In this document: positions 44,987-57,800 of the stretch, piece by piece
Layout of the letters: the number at the start of each line of letters is the position of its first letter
How positions within the stretch are numbered: the first letter of the stretch is position 1
From: Monocercomonoides exilis PA203
Taxonomy: Eukaryota > Protista > Preaxostyla
Assembly (NCBI GenBank): GCA_001643675.2
Contig: LSRY02000004.1
Span: 434,001 to 498,000 of the forward strand
Reading direction: 5' to 3'
DNA: 64,000 nucleotides
Translations under genes and position numbers: made by a program
Notes under the pieces: model-generated
Told to the model about the DNA's origin: nothing
Database searches by the model: none
Seen by the model: the letters and a program-made list of their open reading frames with translations, nothing else

Positions 44987-45635
44987 CTCGAAAAATTTGA
45001 ATGAACTTCTCTCTTCCAACTGGGAATTGCCCAAGAAATTGGATACATGTTTAGAATAGCACTAACCATTACTTCTCTATTTTTAAATTCTATTTTTAAA
45101 GAACAATTTTTTCCTAATATTTTTCATTTCAATTTTTTGCAACTTGCAATAATAAATATGATTATTTCTTTGTAAATATAATTAAATGAATAAAAAATTA
45201 AAAAATATATGAAATATAATTTACTTTTCAATGGTGAATTGTGCAAATAGTTGAAAATTATTGTTTTTTATTCATTTTTAACAGATAAATGGTACCTATT
45301 GTTTTTGATCATCGATCAAACTTTTTTTATGAAGTTAAGCTAAAAATAAAATCATCACAATAATTTTCAACTATTTGCACAATTCACCATTGAAAAGTAA
45401 ATTATATTTCATATATTTTTTAATTTTTTATTCATTTAATTATATTTACAAAGAAATAATCATATTTATTATTGCAAGTTGCAAAAAATTGAAATGAAAA
45501 AATATTAGGAAAAAATTGTTCTTTAAAAATAGAATTTAAAAATAGAGAAGTAATGGTTAGTGCTATTCTAAACATGTATCCAATTTCTTGGGCAATTCCC
45601 AGTTGGAAGAGAGAAGTTCATTCAAATTTTTCGAG

Positions 45636-45670
<35 letters not shown>

Positions 45671-45838
45671 GAATTTTCTCGTTGTGTAATAAGCAAAAAT
45701 TAAAAAACGAACTGTGAATAATTTGTGTAAAACTTGTTAAAAAGGTTTTTTTGAAGTGCGGAAAGCCAATCAGCGCTTTTAAACAGTTGGCAAGCAAAAA
45801 CTGAAAAAAATAAAAAAATTCCAATAAGAATAAAAGTC
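44821..45838. repeat. long inverted repeat (arms 44821-45263 and 45358-45838, 94-nt spacer)
   Basis: Arms are near-identical reverse complements. Differences are homopolymer lengths and two indels in the outer part. Confidence 0.95.
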
Positions 45839-46295
45839 ACATTTAACAGTCCACATTTCAATCATATGTCAAATTTTTTTTGTAAAGTTCCATTTGTTTA
45901 ATTTACAAAAAATAAAAAATTTCTTATTTCTTTCAAATTTCTGTTTTCACTCACGAAATCACACCCAAACGGATAAAATAACTTTGACAAGGACTTGTTT
46001 CAATGACAGCAAAATTTGGTAAGTGGAAACAGTAATTTGAATGAAATATGAAAATTTTAATTTTTTGAAAATTAAACAAATGGAACTTTTCAAAAAAATT
46101 TGGACATATGAAACATAATTTATAATTATTATTATTATTTGACAGTGGGGGTTGTACTTTTTGAATAGTTGTCAATGTTAAATATAATGGTTATTTAAAA
46201 TGTCACTTATTTGATCATTTTTTATATCAATCCATCATATTTCTCCACGATGCACTAACTCTTTCATCTTAAAGGTTCATGTATTTTTTTTTTTT

Positions 46296-46327
<32 letters not shown>

Positions 46328-46337
46328 TTCTTTCTTT

Positions 46338-46371
<34 letters not shown>

Positions 46372-46764
46372 TAAAATGTTAAAATTGGAAAAATAAATAA
46401 TAAGAAATGTTCTTATTAGGAAAATTATATTTAACCCAGATCGAAACATCCGAGACTTTTCAAAAAGAATAACCCATTTCCTTTCCTTTAAATTAATAAA
46501 TGCTCAAGCATAATTCGTAAACCATATTCGGAATTATTTATGTGTTTCCATAGGAGTGTTTTTCGAATCAAATGAAGGAAATATTATTCTTAATCAAATT
46601 CAGATACATTCATCATATCTTTTTTTTTTTTTATTATAAACAAAAAGAAAAGAAAAGAATAAAGAATAAAGAAAAAAATGAAAGAATTTTTAGAAAGAAA
46701 AGAAAGAAAATAATTTTCAATGATTTTTTCGATGTTATTCTTATTTTATTGTTATTTGAAAGTT

Positions 46765-48005
46765 ACCCCATCTCCATCCAAAATGGTCGAAACATCTTTT
46801 GGCTTCCGTTCTCTCTTCTTTGTATTGATCTTCAGCCCCAGTTGCTCCAACCATTCCACAATCTCCTTGGTTGTTGCTCGTTAATGATCTTGTCCTGGCG
46901 AAGAAAAAGCATGAAGTTAATATTATTCACACGCCTTACCTTCCACTACTTCCTTATCTGCACGGCAACCTTGCGCATGATTTTGGTGAAAACTCTGAGT
47001 GCGTCCTTGAATCCAAATGGCATTCCCTTGAACCGAAGATTATTTCCTCTGAAATTGAAAGACCAGATAGGGAGTGAAGTCTCTGTGAACCGGGATTGAA
47101 AAGTACGCCTGAGAGAGGTCCAGTGAAGTTACCCAGTCTCCCTTCTGCATCAGCTTCTCCACCGTGAAACGATCGTCCATCTTGAAGTGAATGTCATTCA
47201 GCGCTGCGTTCAACGGTCTGCAATCTTGGATCTGTCTGAATTTTCCATTCTTTTCTGGGATAAAGAAAATATTGTTTAGACAACAAACCTGGTCCGAGCC
47301 CAATTCGGTAATAACTTCCGTCCTTTGCCCTTCTCTGATCCATTCTGCACAAGCTAGCTCCTCTTTGTTCTTTCCAATAAAACTTCTGCCTTGTCCATTC
47401 TTCCTCACTTGTAGTTCCCTAACGCTTCTGCCATTCCAAATTGATCGAACGCCATCTGTTATCACTTCTCCCACTCCTGTTTCCTCCCACGCTCGTGCAA
47501 AGGCCTGAGTCCGACCTCTTTCTTTCTCCGAAAAAAACGGGACTTCGTCGGAATAAATGGTCTCTTGGTTGAAAAGGATCTTGCTGATCGGGTTGCCTGT
47601 CTGCTTGCAGTGTGTGTTGCCTGCCCACCTGTTTGTTGTCTCCTTTGCGGTAGGTGTGAGATTCTTTTAAGTTGCTCCCTGCTAATCAGAGGGTCTTCCT
47701 TTTCTTCCTGTAATAGTCTCGCAGCTGTGAAGCCGAATTTTGCAATAATCCTCATGTGGCGAACCTCCAGGAGAGCAGCAATGACGAAGGTGATTGCGTC
47801 GCTCAGATACGGCTTATCTTCTGTCTTCGCGTCTTGTGTACACAATGCCATAGCCTTCAGTGCTGGGAGAAGACGAGCATCCACCTTCCAGGCCCCCTCG
47901 TCGAGCGCGTCTGCACACCAGCTCTTTGATCAAAATTGCGCATTGGTCCTGGATGGAATGAAAGGCAAAATGGATAGGAGCACATATTCGGAAAGTGATT
48001 GTTTG
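46765..48005 (-). mobile_element. DIRS-like (tyrosine-recombinase retrotransposon) gag-RT remnant
   Basis: IFFIPEKNGKFRQIQDCRPLN..HFKMD..GDWVTSLDLSQAYFSIPVH, then frameshifted GMPFGFKDALRVFTKIMR. Overlapping upstream gag-like ORF 47462-47884; stops present; no YxDD seen. Confidence 0.8.
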
Positions 48006-48895
48006 CAATTAATAGAATTTTTTGTGTAATTAAAATAAAAAGTTGGAGGTTTTGTTTACGAAAACTGAATTTCAGGCTCAAAACCGGAGCACAATAAACT
48101 TGAAGCAAGAGGTTTTTATTTCGAACTTTGTTGAATGGAAATTTGCAATAATCGATGTTGTTGATGTGTGTGATAATAATAAACTTCATAACATTTTTCT
48201 GAGTGTTGATAATATAATGGTTTTTCTTCATTATCCATAATATTTTCGTTCATTAGAAAAAAGGATGAAAATAATTTTTGAAGTTAAAGTTTCATTTCAA
48301 GGAAAAAAAGATGTGCTTAATAACAGCGGAATCACTTTTCAAAGAAACTGAAAGTTATTCTGTTCAAACATTCAAACATTAATTATATGACAGAAAAAAT
48401 ATCATTCCAAAAAAATTATTTTTTATCAAAAATATGAATAAGTTGGAAATTAAATAGATATTAAATAGCTTTGTTAGAGATTTTGAAAGTTTTCATGCAA
48501 AGAAAAAGAATTGATACACATAAAACAAAATTCAACAAATAGAATGTCTTATTTTTCACCGTATTATTATTATTGCTTTTATAAAAATTCACCATTCAAT
48601 GCAGAAAATGATTTTTTTGAAAAAAAAATTACAGATTCAAATTTATAATAAACATTTTTCGAAGTTAATTTTTGCTAAAATCAATTAATTAATTTGAATA
48701 AAAAGGTTCTAATCAGTTGAATGCAACATACACATATACAAGAAAGACGCAATAATAAATATGAATACAGATTAATTATTTTTTGAAACATGAAAAAACA
48801 ATTAAAATTATAACGCCCCTAATAAAATTTATTGAACAAAAAATAACACCCTTATTATTTTATCAAAATCAAAATTCTGTTGTTAATTGGGATAA

Positions 48896-51800
48896 ATGCT
48901 AGAAGCACATCATAATAAAACATCTTACACACAAATTAAATCAGATAATAAAAAGATAAACGAAGAAAAGCTGAATGAACACAAAAATTCGGGTTTAAAA
49001 TTTGATCTGTTATGAAGAAGATTGAGACATTTTGTTTCTAATTTAGAATTTTTCTATCTTAAAGTTGCACAAGAAAAAATACAAGAACTGACTGTGGATA
49101 AATTATTTAGTGATTTTTTGCAATGTGTATTGGGATTTAATTGGGAACAAACGCTGAATCTTCTTCACAGAAGATCAATTGAAACTGAATTAAAATGTAG
49201 TGCTATCATTTCTAAAGGAGAAAAAGTATTTAAATGTAATACATGCGGAACACGTATGAAATATTTTTCAAATCAATGAATTTTTCATGCATCCAAATGA
49301 TAAAAATGTCCAGAACCTGGTTCATGCATGTGCGAAGCTTGCTTTGAGCCAAATAAACATATAGGCCACGATTATCATATGGTGTGCGATATTCAAAAAC
49401 ATTCCTTTTCTTATTGATTTTTTTTGTTATACAATAATTTTTAGAGAAATACTTCAGTAGGAACTTGCGATTGCGGTGATCCAGGACAATGGAAGGAAAG
49501 CGGATGGTGCAGTAGACATACCCACAATAAAAACCATCCAACAGATCCACTATCATTTTTTAGCGAAGTGGGAGCGAACAAGGATGATTTTTTATCTCTT
49601 GTTGATGGAATACTGATGTATCTTGATGCAGCCGTAACTAAAGTCAGATATAAAGCAACACGATTTCTTCAAGCATCATCGCTCGCAAATCACCTAAAGA
49701 ATATTATTGTGATGAAAAAGAAAATTAAGAAAATGAAACATAATACAAACCAGGATTCTTCTAAAGGCAAAATAAATAAATTATCAACTATATGCGATGA
49801 AGAGGACAAGGAAGAAAATGGAAACACTGAAGAAGCTATCGAATTAATCACAAAATCATTCTTTGAGCGTGCTTTTTGTGAATTGGAGGATGCTGTGAAT
49901 GAAAACATGCCTGTGTGCCGTGTACCAATTGAAAACGAGGCTTCAGCAGCAGTCACATTTAAAGGCAAACAGTTTGATCAACTTTGCGATGCAGAGATGC
50001 TCCTCTTCTGCTATCATGCTGAATATGAGTGGAGGATGTTCGTCAACAGTCAGATAGAGAACAGCCTGCCATCTTCAGGTGCTTCAACACATTTCCTAAA
50101 AAATGCCAAAAGCAATGCTCCATTTGCTGATGTTGGCGATCACACTTTAAGCTTCCCTTTGACAATTCTTCCGTTGAATGTTCATCTCAATTCGCCTCAA
50201 ACAATCTCTCGAGCTGAGTCATTTCTGAAAGCAAATGAAGTGTCAAGTGGAAGCATGTCCTCTTCTGCTTCTCCATCTGCTATCTCTTTTCTTTCAGACA
50301 GCTCAAGGCAGACTTCTCCAGCGCACGACTTTAAATCAAAGAAGCAATGCTCCATGGCAGAATTGTCTTCTGCTGATATCGATGCGTCGTTGCTGTGGAT
50401 GAGCAAGCTTTCTTTCATCGACTGGATTTCTTCAGGAACACCAGCACTGGCCTTCGAATCACCCCGCTCGCTTTTCTTGCCTTTTGCTGAGGAGAAAGAC
50501 GAATTGCCTTCAACTGCATCATCTTCCTCTTCCTCTACTTCTTCTTCTTCCTCTTCTTCCTCTGCAAAACATCCGTACATCTACATCCCTTCCTCCACCA
50601 TGTTTAATCACCTCTTCCTTTTCTCATGCTCAACACACTATTTATGCTGCATTTTCAGAAGTCTTGAGCGTTATGTTAAGACGCTCTATTGTCAAGTGTC
50701 AGAATATCAGCAAAAGATTATTCCACTTCTGATTTCCTTTTTGTCTCAGCTGATAAAACGCGGCGGAAGCAGCATAAGAAATGCTGTTGCGATCAATTTG
50801 ATGAAGGAAAAAGCAGAAGTCGTCATTGGATTGGCTGGCGAGAACGAAGCAGAATTCACAGAAACAGCTGAAATGAGAGGAAAAGAAGGCAAATGTGAAG
50901 CAGCTGCTGATGCTCCTATTGAACCAGAAGCCCTCAGACGATTTTTGGAGTATTTTCGAAGTTCAGTGAATCTGATAATAACTGGATCGATGCACTTAAG
51001 CGATCCGAAGGACAGTTTTGCATGTGAAAGCAGCTCTGATAGAAACAGCATAGAACCAGAAGCTAAAACAGCAGAATCCTCTGCATCAGCTTCATCATCA
51101 TCTTCTTCTTCAACTTCATCTTCTTCTTCACCCCTTCCTTTCTACCAGACACGCCTTTATACTCTCATCAGCAATATGCGTATAATCCCAGTGAAGTTGC
51201 TGATGGAGATGCTCATTCAGATGACATTCAGCAAAGAACTGAGAAACCTTCTGCAGCAATGCTGGAGGAACGCCATGCAAGTCTTTGTCCCAACAAACCT
51301 TCCCTTCGACGACATTTTGGAGAGCAGGAAAATTCGCTATTCACTCGTCCCGCTTCAGAAAGGCGTAAAAGACGATGAATCTGTTTCTTTGGGTGCTGAG
51401 TGCAAGCTGCTAAAGAACATTGGTCGTTCTTCAATGGAGCATCGATTAGGCAATGATTCAAATATTGACAGCAGCAATAAAGAAGGAAAAGGCGATAAAG
51501 AAATCAAAATGACAAGCGAGCTTGTTGAGATCAAAGAAGTTGAACGCATCGAAAGTGCAGAAAGCGAAGAGGAATCAGACAAAAGCTTTGAAGATGCCAC
51601 AGACAGCGACGCCAATGATGGCAATCAAACATCTGAAGCTGTCATAGACATCTCAAAAGCAAAAAAGTCGAAGCATAATCTTCCGAAGACATCTTCTGTT
51701 GTCTCCATCCCTTCCTGGCACGACGTCACAAACGTGTCCATCCAGGTGCGCGCCTTCGAAAGCTCCCAGATGATCAGCGAGGAAGCTGTGAATGCGATGG

Positions 51801-54800
51801 GCATCTCTCTCATCCAGCACGCCAGCGCTGCCGTCTCGTGCCCGTCCTTGCTGCACAGCTGCAGCAACATCTGGCGCCTGAACTACGCTGGCAGCAACTA
51901 CGAAATGAAGGAACAGGAGCTGGCGCTCCGCAGAGAGTGCAAGTTGGCCCAGCGGCACCGCATTGAAGATGTCCTCAAGGCACACACGAAACACGAAGCA
52001 GAGCAAGACGCTGCTTGCTGCGGTGCAGGACACACTCAGCTTTGCCCTCCAATCCCCATCAGCAGAGACGAGGCTGTGATGAATGTGCAGCTGATGAACA
52101 GGTTCACCCAGTTCTTCGATTTCATGTGCTCAATTATGACAAACATCTGCCACAGTTTCGATGAAAAGAACAGTTCCGTGTGTCTCATCAAAGGCTTAAA
52201 AGAGCTGCCTTTTTATTTAAGACAGTTGGAGGAGAAGTACACGCAGATGCAAAAGGCATTCGATTGCAACTGGTTTGACAGATCAGGCGATCTGTCTTCT
52301 CTTCTTCATCCTTCTTTCCCCATCTGTGGCGCTGTTACAGAGAATATTCGGCCTGCCCTGTTCACTTTTCCGTTGACGAGCACACAGCCATCTCTTTCCC
52401 TAAGACAATGTGTTGGACTTTCCGGACTCGATGACAGCAGCATTGCTTCAAGTTCAGATATCATCAGCATCAGACATTTGTCCGATACACACAACAATAA
52501 TCTGACAATAGCATGTTGCAACGAAGGCGCACATACAAAGCTCTGTGCTCTTTCATCTTCGTCTTTGTCAATCGGCAACAAGACCTGTCAATTTCCATAT
52601 CCTTCTTCCGAGACTTCGCTCATCATCCACTTATTGTCTCTGTATTTTGCCAGCACGAATGCCTTCCCTGCAATCCGCATCTGCGCCTCGCAGCCCTTTT
52701 TGGACGATCCGGCGCCCACAGAAGATTTGGAGGCGGTTCGCTGCTTCTCCAACACGTTGAGCACTTTGTTCTATCTGATCACTGCTTCCTCGCCTGACCG
52801 CAGTTTGGTGCCAGCTTTGAAGAAGCAGCTGGCAATCTCTGAGAACAGCTCTGCTTCTACTACTACTACTTCTGCTTCTGCTTCTGTTTCTGTTTCTGGA
52901 ATTGGTTCCCTTCCGTCGCCTGACTCAGCATCACAAGGCGATTACGTGTCGAATCGATGGGTTGTTCCCTTCAACAAAGAGACGCTTGAGTTAGTGACAA
53001 CTTCTCCTGCTGCAAACGTTCTCTCTCTCTTCCTCTCCATGCTGCGTGCACACGAGCTGTCACCATCTGTGTATAGCTCCCTCCTTCCGTTCCGGCCAAG
53101 CCATCTCTGCGCTGACTGCGCTGACTGCGCTGACTGCACTGACTGCACTGACTCAAAACAGAGCTCAGTTCCGATTGAGCTGCTGTCGGCTCCGCTTGCT
53201 GCTGACTTGGAGCTGTGTGAGTTTCCGCTGCCTGTCTTGTTGGCATACAAGTCTTCACAAGCAAAAGAAGTCACAGAGAAATACTTCAGCGACCTGAGCA
53301 CCATTGAGAACGACGAAAGCATCCGCAAAACAGATTCTCACAAGCTGATTGAGCAGATCGACGAACTCATCTTTAGAAAAATCAGCGAATCAGAAAAAAT
53401 CATCCAGAAGATGTATGCAGATGCTATGACACTGGACAGGCTTCACGTCCCTCTTCCATTCAGCTCAAAGAAAGACAAGTGCCATTGTGGATGCGAAAGT
53501 GAAGGCGAAGACGAATCTGAAGACTGCTCTTCTAGTTCTTCAAAAAGCAGACGCGGTCCGCTGAGCAGCCTGCCAATCACCACACACACTGAGCATCTCG
53601 AACTGTTCCTGAAGGCACTTGCAATGAGACGGATGCATTTTGACCTGCCGTCTTCTGAGTCGCCAACTTTCGTGCTTGGCATCGCTGATGCAGCACGCGC
53701 TCTTGTTCTCACAACACCCACAATCAGATACAGCCCAAAGGTGGCAAAGGAAGCTCGTGTTGACGTGAGCAAGCGGGCAGGCAACGGAGCCAGCAGAGCA
53801 AACAACACAAAATGCAGTTGTGCAGATCATTCTGTGCTGTACAGAGAGCAGACACTTCGAACAGTAACTCCAGTGCTCGAGTCGATTGTGCAGCCAGAGG
53901 ATGCCGTTCTCATTGCGCAGAGGCCGCTGCTTGTGCAGATGTGGTTTGCGCAGATGTGTTCAGGCATGTGGCAGCGCAGCGACAACGGATTCATAATTGA
54001 GTTGTTTCTGTTTCGCCACAACTACTCGTGGTTCAACTGGGCAGACGGAGATTTGATGGCGCTGCAAACAGCGGTCTGCAGTGCTGGATGGGATGTGCTT
54101 TTTGCGTTTGCCCTTTCGCTTTGGGAACTGGACTTCTTCTTCTTGACGCCATGGATGCTGGATAACAAGTGGAAGGTTGGTGGAGATGAAGGGGAAGAAA
54201 ATGAGAACTCACGAATGACAGCTTCTTCTTCTTCTTCTTCTTCTTCTTCTTCGTCATCGTCATCATCATCGTCTTCATCTTTAATTGCATCAAAACATCT
54301 TCCCAAGCACATTGAGCGTGTTGGAGTGGAGTGGCACATATCTCTCGATAAAACCATCCAATATGTCACTCAGTTTGTTTCCCTGTTGCTGTGCATCGTT
54401 GCAGACAAGACGTCCCACAGATATATTTCACCTGATTTATCCTTCCCAGTCCATTCCATCCAGCGAAAGCTGACCAACGAGATCTTACTCCACAAGAGCG
54501 ATGGGACGCTGCAGATCAATCTGAACAGCACTGAAATCCCTTCAAGCGGCACACCAACAGCAGAGCTATCTTCCGTAGCAAATGCCATTAAGATGCATTC
54601 GAGGCTGTTTGGCTCGCCGTTCGAGTACCCGGACAACTTTGACGAAGACTTGGAGCGCCATCTGTCAACACCCACGGAGCTGCCGGAGAAATTCTCGCAC
54701 TTGTCGTCTGGCACCATTCCGCGCAACATCACCGGCTTTGGCATGGCGCTGACGCTGATCAACATTTTTGAGCATGGGGAATACACATTGTCTGAGTTTG

Positions 54801-57800
54801 ACCAAGAGCTGCCTTTTGAGCTGAGTCTGCATCCGCAGCTGAAGGACTGTCTGAACGAGCTGTGCGAGATGAAGGCGAAAGAGGACGATACAGACGTTGT
54901 CCGCTCTTCCTTCAACATCGCATCCAGCCGAAGAGGCGCAAAGGGGGCTATCATCGGATCAGGGAGTGGGACAAGGAAGCTTGGGCTGAAGGAGGAGAAG
55001 CTTATGCTGGCTGAGCCGTTCCAGCTGAAGGCAGGGCCAGAATTCAAAAACGTGCTTATGGAAAAATTGAAGTCAGCCACCGAGTTTGGGCAGAGGAAAG
55101 TACAAGCCCCCTTCCCAGTGTATCGGCGTGTCATTGTCAAAAAACGAGACAACCGCAAATTCATTCGATTGTCATCGTTATCAGGAACAGTACAATATTC
55201 CACTGCCACTGCCACTGCCACTTCCTCTTCTTCCTCTGTTTTTGCTTTTGCCTCTGCCTCTGCCTCTGCTTCTTCTGCTTCTTCTGCTTCTGCTTCTTCA
55301 GCCTCTTCATCTTCCAAAGCAGAATCAGACAACACCTCTCTGATTGTCACGATTCCTCTGTCGTTCTATCCGCCTCTCCTTCCAGCTGTTCCTGGAGCGC
55401 CTTATCTGCATGCCCCACACCCGTCCTTGGCCCATCTGCACGACGTGTGCACATCTCGTGCTGTGCTCGGGATGGTCTGGTTTGTCTTGCACTGCTTCCT
55501 CCACAAGGACGCTGAGGTCAAAAGAGACGCTCGAAGGAAAGCTGAGAAGGAGTCGGCGAAGATGGAGGAAGATTTTGAAGTGAAAGGGAAGAAAGAAGAG
55601 GAAAAGTTGGAGGAAAGAGGAAAAAAAGGAGAAGGAGAAGGAGAAGAGCAAGAGCAATCAGAAGAAGAAGACGATCCAATGAGAGAGCAAATGATTGCAA
55701 GATTTTTGGCTTTGGTTAGAGGCGGACAACCGACTGATCGTGCCGAATTGTTCAGAACACTCGAAATGATCAGGAAAAAGCCCAAGCTGGCTGAAGGCAG
55801 CGTGTCATCGCTGGACAGTCTTCCGCCAATAGACTTCTCTGACCTTTCGATTGAAGATATTCTGATGATTGTTCTGAGGCTCCTCGATGCCACACTCTGC
55901 TTCAGTGCAGCATGGCGCATTGAAGAGAAAGTAGTTTCAAGCGCTTCCTCAAGCTCAATGGCCGATGCAGCAGGTGGGTCAGCAGCTGAGCCTGGAAGCA
56001 CAGTGCTGCTTCTCCAGCAGCCAGAGCTGAGCAGAGACGCGTCTCATCCGCTTTGTCTGCCGTGTGCAGCAGATGCAACATTCATCGATGCACTCTTCAC
56101 AGAAGTGGACTGCGGATGCGGAAGTTGCGCCAATAAAGAAGGAGATAAAGCTAAAGCTAAAGCAAATGCACATGAACACGCACAACTCATGAATAACTCA
56201 AAGAGCATCGCTTCGATGCTTTTCGAGATTCTCTCGAAGACACCACAGTTTTCGCAGAAGGCTATCAGAGAAGGTGCAACAGGATCTTCTTCCTCGGCTT
56301 CGTCTTCAAGCGCAGGAAATAACGACACAGAAGATTTGATTACTTTTTCGTCGCATGTGATTGTGCCGCTTCTGTCGCGGATGCTTCAGCGCCTTCGGTT
56401 TGTTTCGTGGCTCCACTTCTGCGATGACGAAGAAGAGAGGCAGAGAAACATGGAGAAGATCGGAGTTCAGTTTGAGGACGATGAAATGAAGGAGAACTCT
56501 GAGGGCATAGCAGAATCAGAAGACATAGATGCAGAAGAAGAGAAGAAGCGCCTGAAGAAGAAGAGGGATGCGATGGAAGCGAGGAAAAGGATTATGGAGG
56601 CGGCGCGAAAGCAACAAGAGAAAGCTATGAAGGCATTTTCAATGGAAGATAAGGAGAAAGGCTCAAAGGATGAAGACAAACCGGAGGGAAAACATGTCCC
56701 CGACGAGATGGATATTTGCTCAGACAGTTCTGAGGATGAAGCACGAATGGAAGTAGAAGGAGCAGAGGCAGAGAAGAAAGAAGGAAAAGGAGAAGAGAAA
56801 GAGGAAGAAGGCTCCAAAGCAGAAACTAGGCAGAATGAAATTGATAATCAACTTCGCAGCTTTTCCAATGAGATTGAATCCTTAGAAAAGCTGGTAGAGA
56901 AGATTGAAGAAACATCGAAACAGGTTTGGAAAGCAGAAGTTGACGAGGAGACAGAACACATCTGCATCCACTGCCACGAGCCAATAAAAGCGAGCGAGGC
57001 AGCTGGGTATGTTGGGAACATAACCTGCACGAACAATCTGCAAGTGCTCAACTCATCTGCCATCTTCCATCTCAGAGACGAGGAAAAAGCATTCCACAGA
57101 CACTGCAACTCCGGGGATTGTTTGTGTGCTGAGCAGGATGCATCGGCTTCATCAGCATCTGGTGAATCTTTATCATCATTGCAACAAAGTAACCAGAGGT
57201 TTTATTGGGAAGATGACTTGACAGTCATTCAAAAGCAGCAAAACATTCAGACAGGAAGCATATCAAGTCGGTGTCAGTCTCATTGTTGCGAAGCATCTTC
57301 GCTTCAGGAGCTTCCAATAGACCCAGAATTGTGCTTCACAACAGCAGAAATACAGCCACCAGATCACAGCGAAGGATCTGAAGTACCGCTGAAGCCCTTA
57401 TGCACAACGCCATTACATTACAACACAGAGTATTCGCTTATTGCCAAAACAATCGACAAAAAACTTGCAGAGTCAGGCGCCTTCCCAGGAAGACTGATAG
57501 CGAGTGCTATTATGATCCCAGAAGTGTTTAAGAACAACATGGGAACTTCATCTGAAAAACTAGAAATTGATTTTCAAAAATCAATTGAAGAAAGAGAAGA
57601 GAAACTTGTTGCAGCGAGAAAACTGAAGCAAGAAATGGACGATCGATATGAGAAGGGAAAGGATTTGAAGATAAAAGCAAACGAAGATCTGTACGAAGAG
57701 GGAGAAGAGAACTGGCTATTTGGAGAAAAGGAGCACGAGAAATCAGCGAAAGAGGATGGAACAGCATCCTCTTCGATCTCCTCTGAAAGGAGCTCTGAAG

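Noticed and set aside
44987-45080. snRNA, tRNA or small CDS within the palindrome arm
   Set aside because: No U1/U2/U4/U5/U6 signature, cloverleaf or recognisable peptide seen by eye; an Infernal search is needed to exclude it
49001-49008. TTGATCT as a promoter motif for UBR
   Set aside because: It lies inside the first intron when ATG 48896 is used
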